DNA of 64,000 nt from assembly GCA_020137815.1 (NCBI GenBank), contig CM035352.1, forward strand, positions 1,116,001 to 1,180,000, in the 5' to 3' direction. Under the pieces are notes generated by a model. The model was given only the letters and a program-made list of their open reading frames with translations. It was not told where the DNA came from and searched no databases. Numbering within the stretch: position 1 is the first letter of the stretch; every line of letters begins with the position of its first letter. Below are positions 1 to 12,793 of the stretch, one piece after another. Position numbers and translations under genes: made by a program. Origin of the DNA: Hormiphora californensis (lineage: Eukaryota; Animalia; Ctenophora).

Positions 1-207
1 AGTCATTCATGCCACCCAAAAAGGTACATATTGCTGTTGTACAGAGGTAGCATTTTACGTTTTAATGGAGGCGGTGTGGTGTGTCTGAAATAGACCAAAC
101 CCCGAAAGTGACTTTTTAGATCCCCTGACCCCCTCTGGCCTTGAATACTTATAAATAGGCCTATAGCTCTAAGCTATAGCTCTAAGCCACACCATGATAT
201 ATTTCAG

Positions 208-1346
208 CCTGCCCCGTGTTTGGTGCGTCTGCCTACTCGGTGGGCGAAGAATGGCAGCAGGGACCCTGTACTCGGTGCAGATGTGTGGATACAAACAGGG
301 ATGAGTGTGTGAGGGAGGTGTGCCCGCCACCCGCCTGCGAGTATTTCACATTTGAGGCTGACAAATGCTGCCCTGTATGCCAAGGTAACAAGACAAGGGG
401 TAACTAGGGTAACCACGGACTACCATGAGTACCAGGGGTAACCAATGCGTGTAAACCCGCATATAATTATATATATACTGATTCCCTTCCTCGTTTCAGA
501 TAGGAATGAATACTTGGAAATGGTGGAACGTGCGAGAAATCCGGGTAATTAAATTACAAATATGCCAACAGGGAGTTGCTCTCTTATTTTTATATTTTCA
601 CACCCTTCCCTTCTTTCCCACATGTATCTCCTTTTCCTTTTTCATACCCTTCGGCTCCTCAAATTTCCAGCCTTATTACCACGTGCCGGTTATCTTTTTC
701 CAAAGGGTATTTAAGATAAGAAAACGGAATGTGTCAACCCTGTGTCATTCAAATTTCCGAATACGTGAAAGAAAGTGAACCAAACTCACGTTTAACAAAC
801 TAACCAAACTGTAACTTCTTCGCCATCCAACAGAAAACTATTCATACCAGAAATATTTTGCCTCATGCCTCTCTTTTATTATCACATGTCAATCCTCTTC
901 AGATCCTCCTGTGATTGTAAGAAACCTCGAAATATGACAGCGCTAGTGGGTGATACGCTCACAATGGATTGCACGGGTTGGGGCGACCCAAAACCCCAGA
1001 TAACCCTGGTTAGGAACCAGCCTGAGGAATACGTTCATTTCCACCTTGAACCTGAAACAAGCTCTAAACCAGGTTAGAAACCCCAGAAAACTGGAACAGT
1101 ACTGTCACCCCAAGGCAACTGCCCGATCGAAACAAATCAAATAAATACCGTCACAGGTTCCTAAAACTCCATGAAAACACTTGGAATTGCACTGAATAAC
1201 CCTCTCTCTCTCTCCCAGGTCTGTCATGGGCAAGCCATAAGATTGATTTTGTTACCGTGGAGGATGCTGGCAGGTACACCTGCTTCGTGTACAGTATGGG
1301 TGGTACAAGGGAGGAACATGCCTTTGTTAACGTTGTGGAGAAGTAG
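208..1346 (+). CDS. 3' part of a spliced gene encoding a VWC (von Willebrand C / chordin-type) domain followed by a C-terminal I-set immunoglobulin domain; 5' exons lie upstream of the window
   Basis: Exons with AG/GT borders at 208-384 (CPVFGASAYSVGEEWQQGPCTRCRC...C....C....C.....CCPVC = VWC), 500-544, 903-~1072 (DPPVIV[K]KPRNMTALVGDTLTMDCTGWGDPKPQIT) and 1219-1346 (VTVEDAGRYTC = Ig DxGxYxC, stop TAG 1344-1346). AATAAA at 1499-1504. One indel near 918 is needed to keep frame. Confidence 0.8.
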
Positions 1347-3008
1347 GCCCGGCTAATGAGTTGAGCCCTGGAGGTCGTCAAAAAATATACGATGTGGATC
1401 ATTTCGTGTGTTATATCTAGCAGAAAATTAGGTGATGTTATTTTGTGCTGGGACTTTGTGTCAGAGTCCTATTATTTGACTACTAATTATTAATTGTAAA
1501 TAAATTCTTATTACTCGTTCAATTGTTATTTATGTCGTGTTTTCATTGTACTAAGTGATTGCCACTTTTGGCTAGAGCGGTACAGTGTCCCGTTAAGGAA
1601 TTTCTACGAGGTCTATCGATTCGAGATCTATCGAATTGTACAAGAATTAACTGGAACGGACTTCAGGTGCCGAAGATTTCCCATAAAAAATCTATCTCAA
1701 AGTTATGTCGTGTTCTGACCGGAGCCAGAGGATGAAGCATGGCATCAGAAATGAGAAACCCTCTACATTCTACTCGTGTAATATACCCCCTCCAATAGCC
1801 CTCTAAAACGTACGTTTTCCATCGCATGCCAAAATCAGATTTTTAATCTGTCACCCAGCGTGTGACAAACGATTTAATATTTGGGTATCGGGAATTAATT
1901 TGATCTTTTTGGCGCTCTGTGTTTCTCAACCACAATATCTTAAAATTAAATTTTTCGCTATGCTCGTTCATGTGATATGCGGTTTTATGCTGAAGGATGA
2001 AGCATGAGCATAAAAGGGCGTTCTCATGTGCAAATACAAGACGTGCAGAAAAAGGGGCGGTTGACGGATCGAAAAAGAAAACGGATCCAAAAAAGCACTT
2101 CAAAAACACAGGTTTATATTTTTTTTATATTCTGGTTTTTACGTGCGCGCAGTTACACTGCGCGGCGTAAGTAAATATGTTAAATTACTTTCTTGGCGCG
2201 TTACGTAAATAGATAGAAAATAATCGTGATATTGGTGCCACGTCCAGACCGGCCGTTGGCAAGTATTAGACAACCTGATCTTAGGCTGCTGTGTTTCTGT
2301 TTGTGAAGCTAGGAGTACTACTCCAGGTAGGTGATTGCTTGCAGAAAGTAATGACAAATGGTTTACCTGGGAAAGATAAAACAACCAGTTTGTTAACATT
2401 AAATTTGCTTTAAACTTTATCTTAAAACATCTTTATCAAATTAATTAGTTAATAGTTAACTTTAAGTTCACATGGAAATATTGACTAGCTTGGTTACTGA
2501 AAATACCAGTGTCCACTACAGGTTTCTTTAAGTTGTCGAGGTCTTTAGAAACTAAAAACTCTAATAAAACTGCATCAATAACCTATTACAATTATTGTGG
2601 ACCTTGTCATGTCAACTACTTTTCGTCAATAACTTGTTTCTATATTTTTAACGGTTTGATATACTTCACAAATAATATCCAAATCTCCTAATACAAATAC
2701 AATTTGATTGTTTTGGAAAATCCAAAACATTTCTTATAAATTGGCTTTTTAAGAAAAATAAAAGAAATTACATTGTCTCTTTCTTGAACCCCTGCAATGC
2801 TCTCTGCGGCATGCAGCCATTCTTTTAGAAAAAACACGCCCCAGTGAGACAGATCGTCTATCACGAACAGTTCCATAGAAAGCAGAACCTAGAACGACAC
2901 CACCCTAAGTATCATTTGAATTGTGTCAGGCGACTCTAAGTATTATAGCTGTGAACAATATCTATCTCAGATAGTATCTGATCTATTAATCTCCACACAA
3001 TATCGCCC

Positions 3009-5830
3009 TCACACGGAAGAAAGAAGATCCTGAAGACGATGGAAGGCTATCTTTTTGCCCTGTCCTTGCTCCGTGACAACTCCCTCCTCTCCACTAGAGG
3101 GCTGCTGGAGAGCTGGAGAAGGATTGGACCGCTCCATCATTGGCTCACTCTTTACACGTGGTTTACTATCCTGTGTTGTGATTGGTTGTCGCTCCGTAGA
3201 CTCCTCAGCCGCAATAGTCACCCCGCGGCCCTCAGCTCCAGACTCGGTGTGCTTCCGGACCTCACTTGTTCTGGGTGATCCTGATAGAGAGAACTGTTTT
3301 AGAGTTGAGAGAGGGTCGGGCAAAGAGAGTGAAGGGAGAGAGAAGAGAGGGGGAGAGACAGAGAGACAGAAAGAGAGACAGGGGGAAACAAAGAGTAGGA
3401 GATAGACCCTGGGAGAGAGGAAGCTGTCAGATAGGGACCAGTGACAGGTGTGTTTGAGTTTTGGAAAACTATACTAGAGGAGAGTTATGTATCGCACACT
3501 AGGAACCACCCCTTCCCCCGCAACCCCCCCCCCCCTCGACCCCTTCCCCCACAACCTTACCGTGTGGTGGTGAATTTACTGCTGGCTGAGTGGCCGCCAA
3601 TTCGGCTAGTTGAGTGGCCAGCAGGCTCGTGGGCACGTAGTTGGGTCCAGCAAACATGGAGGCAGAGGAGGGCATACCAGCTATCCGAGGGAATTGTCGG
3701 AATTGAAGGGGTGTGAAGGAGAGAGGGCTGCTGGAAGCAGCAATTAGGGGATTCAGACCAGTTGATAGGAGTCGCTGTCCAGTTAGGAGATTCTGGTTGA
3801 GGGACGTCTGGCTGGGCTCACTTATCTTCCGTTTCTTGGGTGAGGGAGGGCTGCATGGCGCTGTGGATGAGGGGGTAGAGGAAGAGAGATGTTTGGAAAT
3901 TGCTGTTAGGATCAAGTCAGCCGTGGGCGTCTGGAGACCCTCTGGAAAATAGAGAAGTGGGTTAGGGAGAACAGCACGGAAATTACTGATTAGAATCACA
4001 AAATATCCGTACAAGATTGCTGGTAATAGACCAATGTTGTTTTGATCGAACCCTTTTTATGCGGTGATTACGGGGTCTAGCAAGGCAAGACCAATCTACA
4101 ACTGATACTATTGTTTAACAAAGGACATTTACCTGCTACTAGTTTCTTGACCAGTTCCAAGATAGGCCTCACTTTATCTCCCTGTGTACCACCATTATTA
4201 CCCTCCTGCTGCAGGAAAGACAGCAGCTGTGGTGGCTCCTGCTTCGTTATCAGCGGCACAGCAGCCGGGGCAGCGTTGTTGTTCTGGATAATCTTGTTTG
4301 GAACGATCTTGTAGGACGGTGCCCTGATCCTCACATCCTGCATCTCTGCAAGAGTCCGTAGCAGATCCTCCGTGGAGGCGGGTCGGTCGGGAGATGTGGC
4401 CTCCGGAGGGCTCACTTTGAGGGCCTTTGGAGCGAGCATGGAAACACGGGAGTTCAGGTAGCTCTGAAATTAACGGGACACGTTATACAGGGTGGTTCAT
4501 AATAATCGGACCATCTTTCAGAATAAGGTAACCATGGTAACAGTACAATATCTGATATGATTCATGTGATCGATCTATAAATTCTTACCAGCTGGGAGGC
4601 GCTGAGAGAAGGTTTCTGTTTCGTTGTAGATCGATGGAGAAGTTCCGATTTATCGTAAGGTCCATCAAAATACACCATTTTATTGGTCAGGGAGCTGTTA
4701 CCACTGCATCCATTCTGAGAATTAGAGGGTCTGATTAGATGTCATATATATTAGAAGGTTGGACCTTGCCTAACGAAGAATTGATTTCGAAGATAGCATT
4801 CCAATAACTAAATCACTTCTCACCTCGCTGCCACTACTGGGACTCCTTGACTCGGTGCTGCTACCAGAGTTGTGTCTGCTGGCCCCTCCCTCATAATACA
4901 CCATCTTCTCATCACCCTCTAACATTCCATTGGGAGGTGTAGTTAACCCCTCTCCCTCACTCTGAGTCACCACATAGCCCCCGTTGGTCCCCTGGGCGTT
5001 CTTACAAAACTGTTGGTGCCACCGGACATTAGTTGAGTGGAGGAACATGATCCCGCATCCAAGACACTTGAACCGGACCCCATGGCGGGTGTGGGATTTC
5101 AGGTGACGCGTCAGGTGGGCTTGTTGAACAAAGGCAGTGGGACACAGGTGACATTTGTAGGGACGGGTCTAATGGGGAGAGAGAGAGGAAATGTTAGTGT
5201 GGAGCTAATGGGGAGAGAGAGAGGAAGTGTTAGTGTGGAGCTAATGGGAAGAGAGAGAGGAAGTGTTAGTGTGGAGCATCAAACAACGTCTGATACAGAC
5301 ATCACAATATATCAACTGTGGGCTTGTCTGTTTTTTACTCTATTATAGGTTAACTTGAGGAGTATAGGACCGGCTAGAATCTAAAACTGAGTAGAACACT
5401 TACGTTAGTGTGGATGAGTACATGGCGTTTGAGATCCGAAGAAGAGTTAAACTTCTTTCCACACTCCTTACATTCGTGTTTCCGTTTGTTGTGAGACAAC
5501 TCGTGCTTCTGGAGGAGATCAGGGGTTAGTCATCTAACAAACAGTTAACTAATTGAATTAATTAATTGAGGGCTGTGTGTCAAGTCACACTACTGGTCCA
5601 GGATCGAGGGTAGAAAAAGCTTATCACATATTATAGTCAGTTAATCTTAGAGATCCAAGGCTTGGAAGTGAGCGTAGGAAAACAAAAATCACCTGTTTCT
5701 TAGCCCCCTTTACGCACACAGGTGAAACAGTGATTGGTGCAGGGACCACTGGATATGTGATGGGGGTCGAGGCTGCTTCACTCAAGATAGTGGAAATTAC
5801 ATCAACAAATAATTCGGAATCATTCATCAT
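3009..5830 (-). CDS. C2H2 zinc-finger transcription factor, Blimp-1/PRDM1-like finger array, about 570 aa, 7 coding exons
   Basis: Exons (minus) 5830-5693, 5533-5404, 5168-4824, 4714-4589, 4463-4133, 3941-3561, 3280-3009 with canonical splice sites and consistent phases except one extra base at 5522-5525. Fingers LQKHELSH-NKRK-HECKECGKKFNSSSDLKRHVLIH-TNTRP-YKCHLCPTAFVQQAHLTRHLKSH-TRHGVR-FKCLGCGIMFLHSTNVRWHQQFC, then an S/P/Q-rich tail with a PKKRK NLS-like motif. Confidence 0.85.
5169..5276 (-). repeat. 3 x 36-bp tandem repeat comprising a complete 3' splice site (CTAAC branch, pyrimidine tract, AG)
   Basis: Units 5169-5204, 5205-5240, 5241-5276; minus-strand unit ctccacactaacayttcctctctctctccccattag. 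Confidence 0.95.
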
Positions 5831-5913
5831 GGTACCGGTGTGGGGGATAGTGTTTAATGGCAAGGATCAACTGGTAGAACGGGTGGAGTGGCAATCTAAT
5901 GTGTTGTTGTTTG

Positions 5914-5917
<4 letters not shown>

Positions 5918-5999
<82 letters not shown>
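5918..5999. repeat. (GA)n microsatellite; similar tracts at 8587-8639, 12718-12790, 13441-13492, 21036-21116, 34105-34216, 37806-37995, 38823-38977, 40643-40769, 48122-48258, 54367-54672
   Basis: Directly visible dinucleotide runs; they explain the ERER/LSLS ORFs in the ORF track. Confidence 0.98.
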
Positions 6000-6002
<3 letters not shown>

Positions 6003-7659
6003 GGAGAGAGAAGGTTAGAAGAGAGTGCATGTATAGTGCGTGTTTAGAACGTAAACAAACTCTCTCTAATGTGTCTCTCAGGGTGTGGTGGTAAAGACTG
6101 TCCCCCGTGTTTGTTCACACCATGATGGATACTGTGTGTCTATATCAATACACTACAAACACTGTGTGGAGCGCCGATATAATATCTGATCTATTGTGTT
6201 TTCACCAAGTTCCATGGTGATATCTGATCGTGATGAGAAACGGGATTGTTCTCAAGTGGCGTGCGATGTCACGTGATCATGCGGCGGGGGTGATTTAATG
6301 TTGCTCGCATGTCTAATGGAGAGAGCTAAATTTAGATTTAAGCCATCTTGTGTGCGCCGGAGAGAGATGAAGGAGGTTATTTTGGCGTGTGTTTATAGTG
6401 AGAAAAAAAATGATCGCCCACCGCTTGTGAGAGAGAGGGAGAGAGAGTGGGAGAAAGAGAGAGAGAAAGAGAGAGAGGTGAGAACGCACTATTCTGAGAA
6501 GACCTATGCCTCAGGAGAGCAATCCCGAAACGATAGTAGCATGCTCTGGGAGGCTCATAAGGATAAATGGTAGACAAGAGAGAGAGAGTAGGCGTCTAGC
6601 AAGCGAGATGAACTCTATTCGTGTTCAATCTTCGTCTAGACTGTAAAGTGACGAGAACATGCGCCACTGTTGACACTAATTGTTTCCCTGTTTAAATAAC
6701 CCCAACTAGAAACAAGCAATCAATTTTCCAAGGACTAGAGATAAAGCATCGTATGCTGTGTTGTCGAAGCGCATCCATCGAAGAAAGAATGTTTTGTTGT
6801 GTAGTAATAGATGTAGCTAGAATGAGAGACAGCCTGACAACTGTAGGCCAGTTCCTTTTTAGGCTTCCGTGCCATGTTGTCGAACATGAGCTAAACTAGA
6901 AGAGAATTGAGAGATAGAGGATAAGACGAGAGAGGAGGAAATGAATATGCAATCGTTCAAGAATGTAGACTAAAGAATTTATGTTCAGAGAGTGGAACAA
7001 TGAGCAGCCGCACTCTTACACTATAAACTTCCCTTTAGACTTTTGCTTTTCCTTCTTCTAAGAATCCCGCCCCAACATGGTAAACTAAACAATATATTTT
7101 CCCAAGAGGTAACTAGCTAGGTTGAAACACGTACTGCAAGTGATCGTTGATCAGGAAAGCGGACATCGCACTTCAAACAGGCTAAATGGTCCACCGAGCT
7201 CTGGATTCCTGGTGATTTGTGGTCGATGTTCCTCATTATTTGATTGTACGCTAGTAACATCTCATTGGACAACATATTGATTCCACTCTAGGTCCAGGTT
7301 CCTTGTTCAGTCCTTGCCACTTGTTGTTGGTCGGATACACTTGAGCTATAATGGAAGAGGGGAGTTGTTAGAGAGAGAGAGAGAGAGGGAGAGAGAGAGA
7401 GAGAGAGAGAGAGACGAGCCAGCGTGAGGGTCGAGAGAGAGACTCTCTGGTTCTGTCCTTCTCTCCGCTCTCCTCTCTCTGTCTCTCTGTATATGCTCGT
7501 CTTCACTATCGTTATCTAGGTTAGGCGCTGATCGATCTTCTTCTTCTCGAGCCTAGCGCTCCTCTCTTTTTCTGCCTCTCTCTCGGCGCTTGATAAACAA
7601 CAGAAACTGGCTTGCACAACTCGAATAAAGAAGAAAGTAGAACCTTCCTAACCTAGACA

Positions 7660-7755
7660 TCGAACCCAAGTAACGGCCCTAACACTTCTAAATGAGTATA
7701 GAGACACAGAAAACTCTCGTTTCCGGCTAATAAACGGCCGAAAATCTCGAGTTCG
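7660..7755 (+). mobile_element. Fragment of the TIR element family seen complete at 51462-51687
   Basis: tcgaacccaagtaacggccctaacacttctaaatgagtatagag...ctcgagttcg is nearly identical to 51562-51653. Confidence 0.8.
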
Positions 7756-8581
7756 CTGCAAATGGTGGCTATATGGGAACTGTATGTGATATATCTACTA
7801 TCTCGAAAACTTGTTTAGACTTTGTAGACATAGAGTCTAAAACATATGTCTAACCTAAGTTTAAAACCTAGACGGATTGGGAGGTGGCTTGATCATGAAC
7901 ACCCTTCACTTGAATGATCAATATGAGCATATATCTCAAAACATTACAGCTAGTATATAAAAACACATATATTGGTGTGATGTCTAGTAGACAGAGTACA
8001 GCGCTCCCTCCTATAACTCTGAAGGAGTCGTGAGAAATGGGATTTGTTAAAAGATCCTCCCCGACAATATATTATAGTGGACAATTACTTAACTCAAGTA
8101 TCTCATCATGTTTTGAAAACATGGGAGATAATTGTGACAACCCCCTCTCCCATGTTTGGTGACATTATATATTAGGTGGGGCAAAACTACTTGTCGCACC
8201 AAATACAATAATGAACATCAATTGCATTGCAATTTGCATTGTGTTACTGAGAAGCACTACCTAAAGAACTGATCCATATTTTTTGATCGGACTTTGGGGA
8301 AGGTGTTCTTTTAAAATGATCTTTTAAAATGATCTTTTAAAATGTTCTTTTAAAATGATTTTTAATAATTAATATGACGTGATCAACTGCTATAGCCCAA
8401 CTGTTCATTCTGAGAATTCTGATACAAAGATATTATTTGCCGTACTGATATATGAGGTAACTCCAATGATTTTTATCAGTTGAATGATGAGTTGATCGCG
8501 GCTAGTAACCGGATAAGGCTTGTCCGGTTGGGATCTTTTAAACACCCCCTACCTCGTGATAGGGTGAAACTGACGATAATG

Positions 8582-8641
<60 letters not shown>

Positions 8642-10665
8642 AGAGAGTGCTAAAGAGATCGAAAGGATAGCTATAGCCGCTATATTGGCAGAAATTAAAT
8701 TTAAACAACGCTACGTAAATGCAGGTATATAGTAGTATACCGCAGTAACAATAATCAACAATCTTAATGAGTAGGAATTGCCTTGCTCAAATGATCAACG
8801 AATAGTGAGGCTTTTGGGAGACATGAAATTGAAACTGAAGGTTCAAGACGGCCTCTGATCCCCCCTGTCTCTCTCTTTCTTTCTCTCTCTATCTCTCTCT
8901 CTCTTTCTCTTTCTCTTTCTCACTCTCTCTCTCCCATCTCCCATTTTTGACAATGCGTCTGGATGGTGATCAGTTACTGTTAGAACACAAAAGAACTCTT
9001 TACTCTTTAGTACTTTAATCCCCATTAGACACAATGTCCTAGAAAGCCTAGCCAGTTGGACATTAATTGTCATTGACTAATGGCTCCCCAACAATGAAGT
9101 ACTACAGAAGTTAAATGGAAATTTGGCGGCCCAAAACGGAGCGTACTGACTAGACTGCATGATGATGAAGTTATGGTTTACCCCTGAGCTCTCTCTTTTC
9201 TCTATCTTCTATCTTTTTCGTTTCTCTCTCCCTCTTTTCTCTCTCCTCTCTCCCCTCTTTCTATCCCTCGTCTCAGTAACTCTCTCCTCTGTCTCCCTCT
9301 CTCTCTCTGACCATCTACCGTAAGGAAGAACGAGAAGCAACAATCGTCAAGAAGGGGAGTGGTCGCTAACAAGACCTTTATCATAGCAGCAACCTCGGTT
9401 AAGTTTGGACGGAGGGGAGAGATGTTCGAATATGGCATGGACACTAAAGTTGTCCTGAAAGTTAGGTCAAGTTCACCAAGAGCCAAATTTCACCGGAGTC
9501 CGGAGGTTTGAATATATAATAAGCAGAAAGATAGGAACGGATTCAACAAGTGATAGAGAGGATAGCCTCAACAAGTCATTTAAACAGGGAGATAGAGAAT
9601 CTGAAAAAGTCAATCAAATATGGGGAGATACTAACTACTAAAAGGGAGGGGAGTCTGGGGATAGAAACAAATCTGTAGAACTCAGTGTGCTGCCGGGTCC
9701 TATCAGCTGCAGTGTAGAGAAACTCGTCCCCAAAAACAATTTCTCCGGGGAGGAAAAAAAGGGGGACGCTGCTACCTCACCTCGGGGGGTTTCCCCCAAC
9801 TCTCTCAGACCTATGTTGTTAGGAACTGTGGATACGTGGTTTTTTGTTTGCCCCCGGGTTCCCCCCTTTGAACCCGCCCCCCCCCCCGCCCCGCCAATTT
9901 TTCGCAGGGGGCCCCCTTTTCAAATCCGCCAAAACCCCCCCGGGAAGCGAGGAGAGGGAGAGAGAGAGACAGGAATAGATAGACAGGAGAGACGTGGTAA
10001 ACAGGAAAAAGGGAAAAATGAATAGAAAAAGGTTGTTAGAAGAAAACTGAAAAAGGGATCAGGGAGAAAGGGAGATAAAAGATGGGGAAAGGGGAGATAG
10101 AAAGGGTAGAGAAAAGGGGAGAGAGAGAAGAGAGTGATGGAGAGAGAGAGAGAGAGAAAAAAAGGGGAAGGCCAAAAAGGAAAATAAGAAGGGAAGAAGA
10201 AGAGGAAAAAAAGAAGGGAAAGAGGGGGCCCCCAAAAAAAGAAACAGTTCCCGTGAGGTAAAAGTGGGGGCTGTTTTTAAATTTTTAAAAAACCTTGTTT
10301 TAAAGGGAAAAAAACAAATTTAAACCAACCAAAAAGGGGACCCACAAATTCCGGGGGTTAATTTTAATAAATTAAAAAAAAAAATTCCAAAACCTTGGGG
10401 GTTTGGAAAAGGTTTTAAATGTTAAGGGAAAGGGGGGGAATTAGTATACACGACGGATTTAGGGGAGGGCAGTAAACGAAATTATGGAAAATAAAAGGGC
10501 TCCCAAAAACTAAACTAAAAAATGAAACCCTGATCGCCCCCCTGGTATCATGGGTTTAAACCCCAATTTTGGGGTTTTCAGAGACAGTCAGCAGTTCCAA
10601 AACAATTTCATGGGGTTAATACAGAGGGCAGTCACAGTCCCATTTTCCCAAAAGTATCACAACCC

Positions 10666-12154
10666 CGGTGCCCCCGAAGGAAGTTCCACCTCGACCCCAG
10701 TCCCCCCAAAAAAAAAAAAAAACAAAAAGGTTTTTGTTACCTAAAGGGGACCTCTGGGAAAACCCACGGAGGGGCGGGGGGGAAAAAAATTTAAAAAAAA
10801 ACCAAAAAATTAAACGATAGAAAGATAACTATGTTTTTTTTACTTTGAAAATCGAATTTTTTTAACAAAAACCCCCGGAAACGGAAGATGCAAGTGTCTC
10901 CCACCTTTTTTTTGAAGTAGAAACGAATGCCGGTTTAAGTCAAAAACCTAAAATATTAGTAAAAAGGTGAAAATCCCGTTTTTTGGGTTTTTTTGGTGAA
11001 AAAACGTTCAAAATGGTACTAGAGGGTGGGGTAGAGTCCCAAAAAATGACCCAAATTCCCCCTTTTTTGGGACCTTTTCCCCCCTAGAAACAGATTTTTA
11101 AAGAAAAACTGGGGTTTAAAGGCCCATTTCCTGTATACTTTCAAAGAAGGTGAAAATTGCTCTAATTTTGCCAATTTTTAAGAAAAATCCTCCAAAACAG
11201 TACTAGATGATGATGATAGTGGCCCAAAATATGAACTAATCGATTTTTTGGGTCTTTCCGTCCTAGAAACAATTTGCATGGCGGTCGGATGATACGTTTC
11301 CTCTCGGTAGGCCTCTGAAGTAGGTGGAAATAGCCAAAATATAGCGATTGCGGCAAATGAATGTGAATAAACGTTTACCAAACCCACTTCATCATCATGT
11401 ATGGCTCTTGCATAGTCCAGTAGCCCAGAGATAGGTCATACATGATGCTAAAGTGGGTTTGGTCAACGTTTATTCACATTCATTTGCCGCAATCGCTATA
11501 TTTTGGCTATTTCCACCTACTTCAGAGGCCTACCGAGAGGAAACGTATCATCCGACCGCCATGCAAATTTGTTTCTAGGACGGAAAAGACCCAAAAAATC
11601 GATTAGTTATATTTTTGGGCCACTATCTCATCATCTAGTACTGTTTTGGATGACTTTTCTTCAAAATTGGCTAAATTAGAGCAATATTCACCTTCTTTGA
11701 AAGTATACAGAGAATAGGCGCTGAACCAGATTTTCATAAAAATCTGTTTCTAGGGCGAAAAGGTCCCAAAAAAGCGATTTGTCATACTTTTGGGACTCTA
11801 TCTCATCATCTAGTACCAGTTTGAACGCTTTTTTCACCAAAAAACACCTAAAAACGCGATTTTCACCATTTTACTAATATTTTAGAGATTTGACTTCAAC
11901 GGCATTCGATTCTACGTCAAAAAATAGGTGGGAGACACTTGCATCTTCCTGATCAAGGATTTTGTTAAAGAAACGTCGTATTTTCAAAGTGAAAAAAACG
12001 ATAGCTATCTTTCTATCGTTTTAATTTTTTAGGCTACTTTTAAATCTTTTCCCCCACGGTCCTCCGTAGTTCCCAGAGGTCCCCTTTAGGTCACACAACC
12101 GTTCGTTTTGCTGGGGGACTCGGTCGAGGTGGAACTTCCTTCAGGGGCACCGTG
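10666..12154. mobile_element. About 1.5-kb foldback (long inverted-repeat) non-autonomous DNA element; arms about 720-740 bp, loop about 11407-11434
   Basis: cggtgcccc-gaaggaagttccacctcgacc (10666) is the reverse complement of ggtcgaggtggaacttccttcaggggcaccgtg (12122-12154); arms match through to aaacccactt..catcatgtatg / catacatgatg..aagtgggttt. The left arm is homopolymer-degraded. Confidence 0.85.
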
Positions 12155-12714
12155 CACACATAACATGGTTCTAGTTCTACTCGACATCAGAGCAGATCTA
12201 CTAAGTGGACTTTGGCGAAGGAGACCTTTATCAGGTAGGTGAAAACAACGGAACTAAAAACTATATTTAACTCATATCCGGTCCAATATAACAACAAAAA
12301 CAAGAACCTTTTTCACGGTGGTTTGAGCCTGTGATCCAATGAAGACTATAAACGATTAAATCTGAAGGTGGCATCTCTCTCTCTCTCTCCCCCCCCATCT
12401 CACTCTATCAAGCGGTACGGTGCGAGGGGGTGTTCTAAAACGGGAGGATTAGCTAAGCGGTCACCGGGCACCTTGCTCTCAAAGCTTGTGCACACACAAT
12501 GATCTCATCACTACTGCACTCTTCCCTTCTCTCTCTCTCTCTGTGTCTGTCCACCTAGACAGTTTTTAACTGACTTGCTGGCACAATCCTTACCCCTCCC
12601 ATTCTCTCTCTACCTCTATCGCATCCGGTATCAAACTAGCCAATCACAGAAAAGGAGGGTTGCTAACAGCCAATCAGGAAGGAGGGACAAATCAAGAACG
12701 ATTGGTTTTCTTCA

Positions 12715-12793
<79 letters not shown>

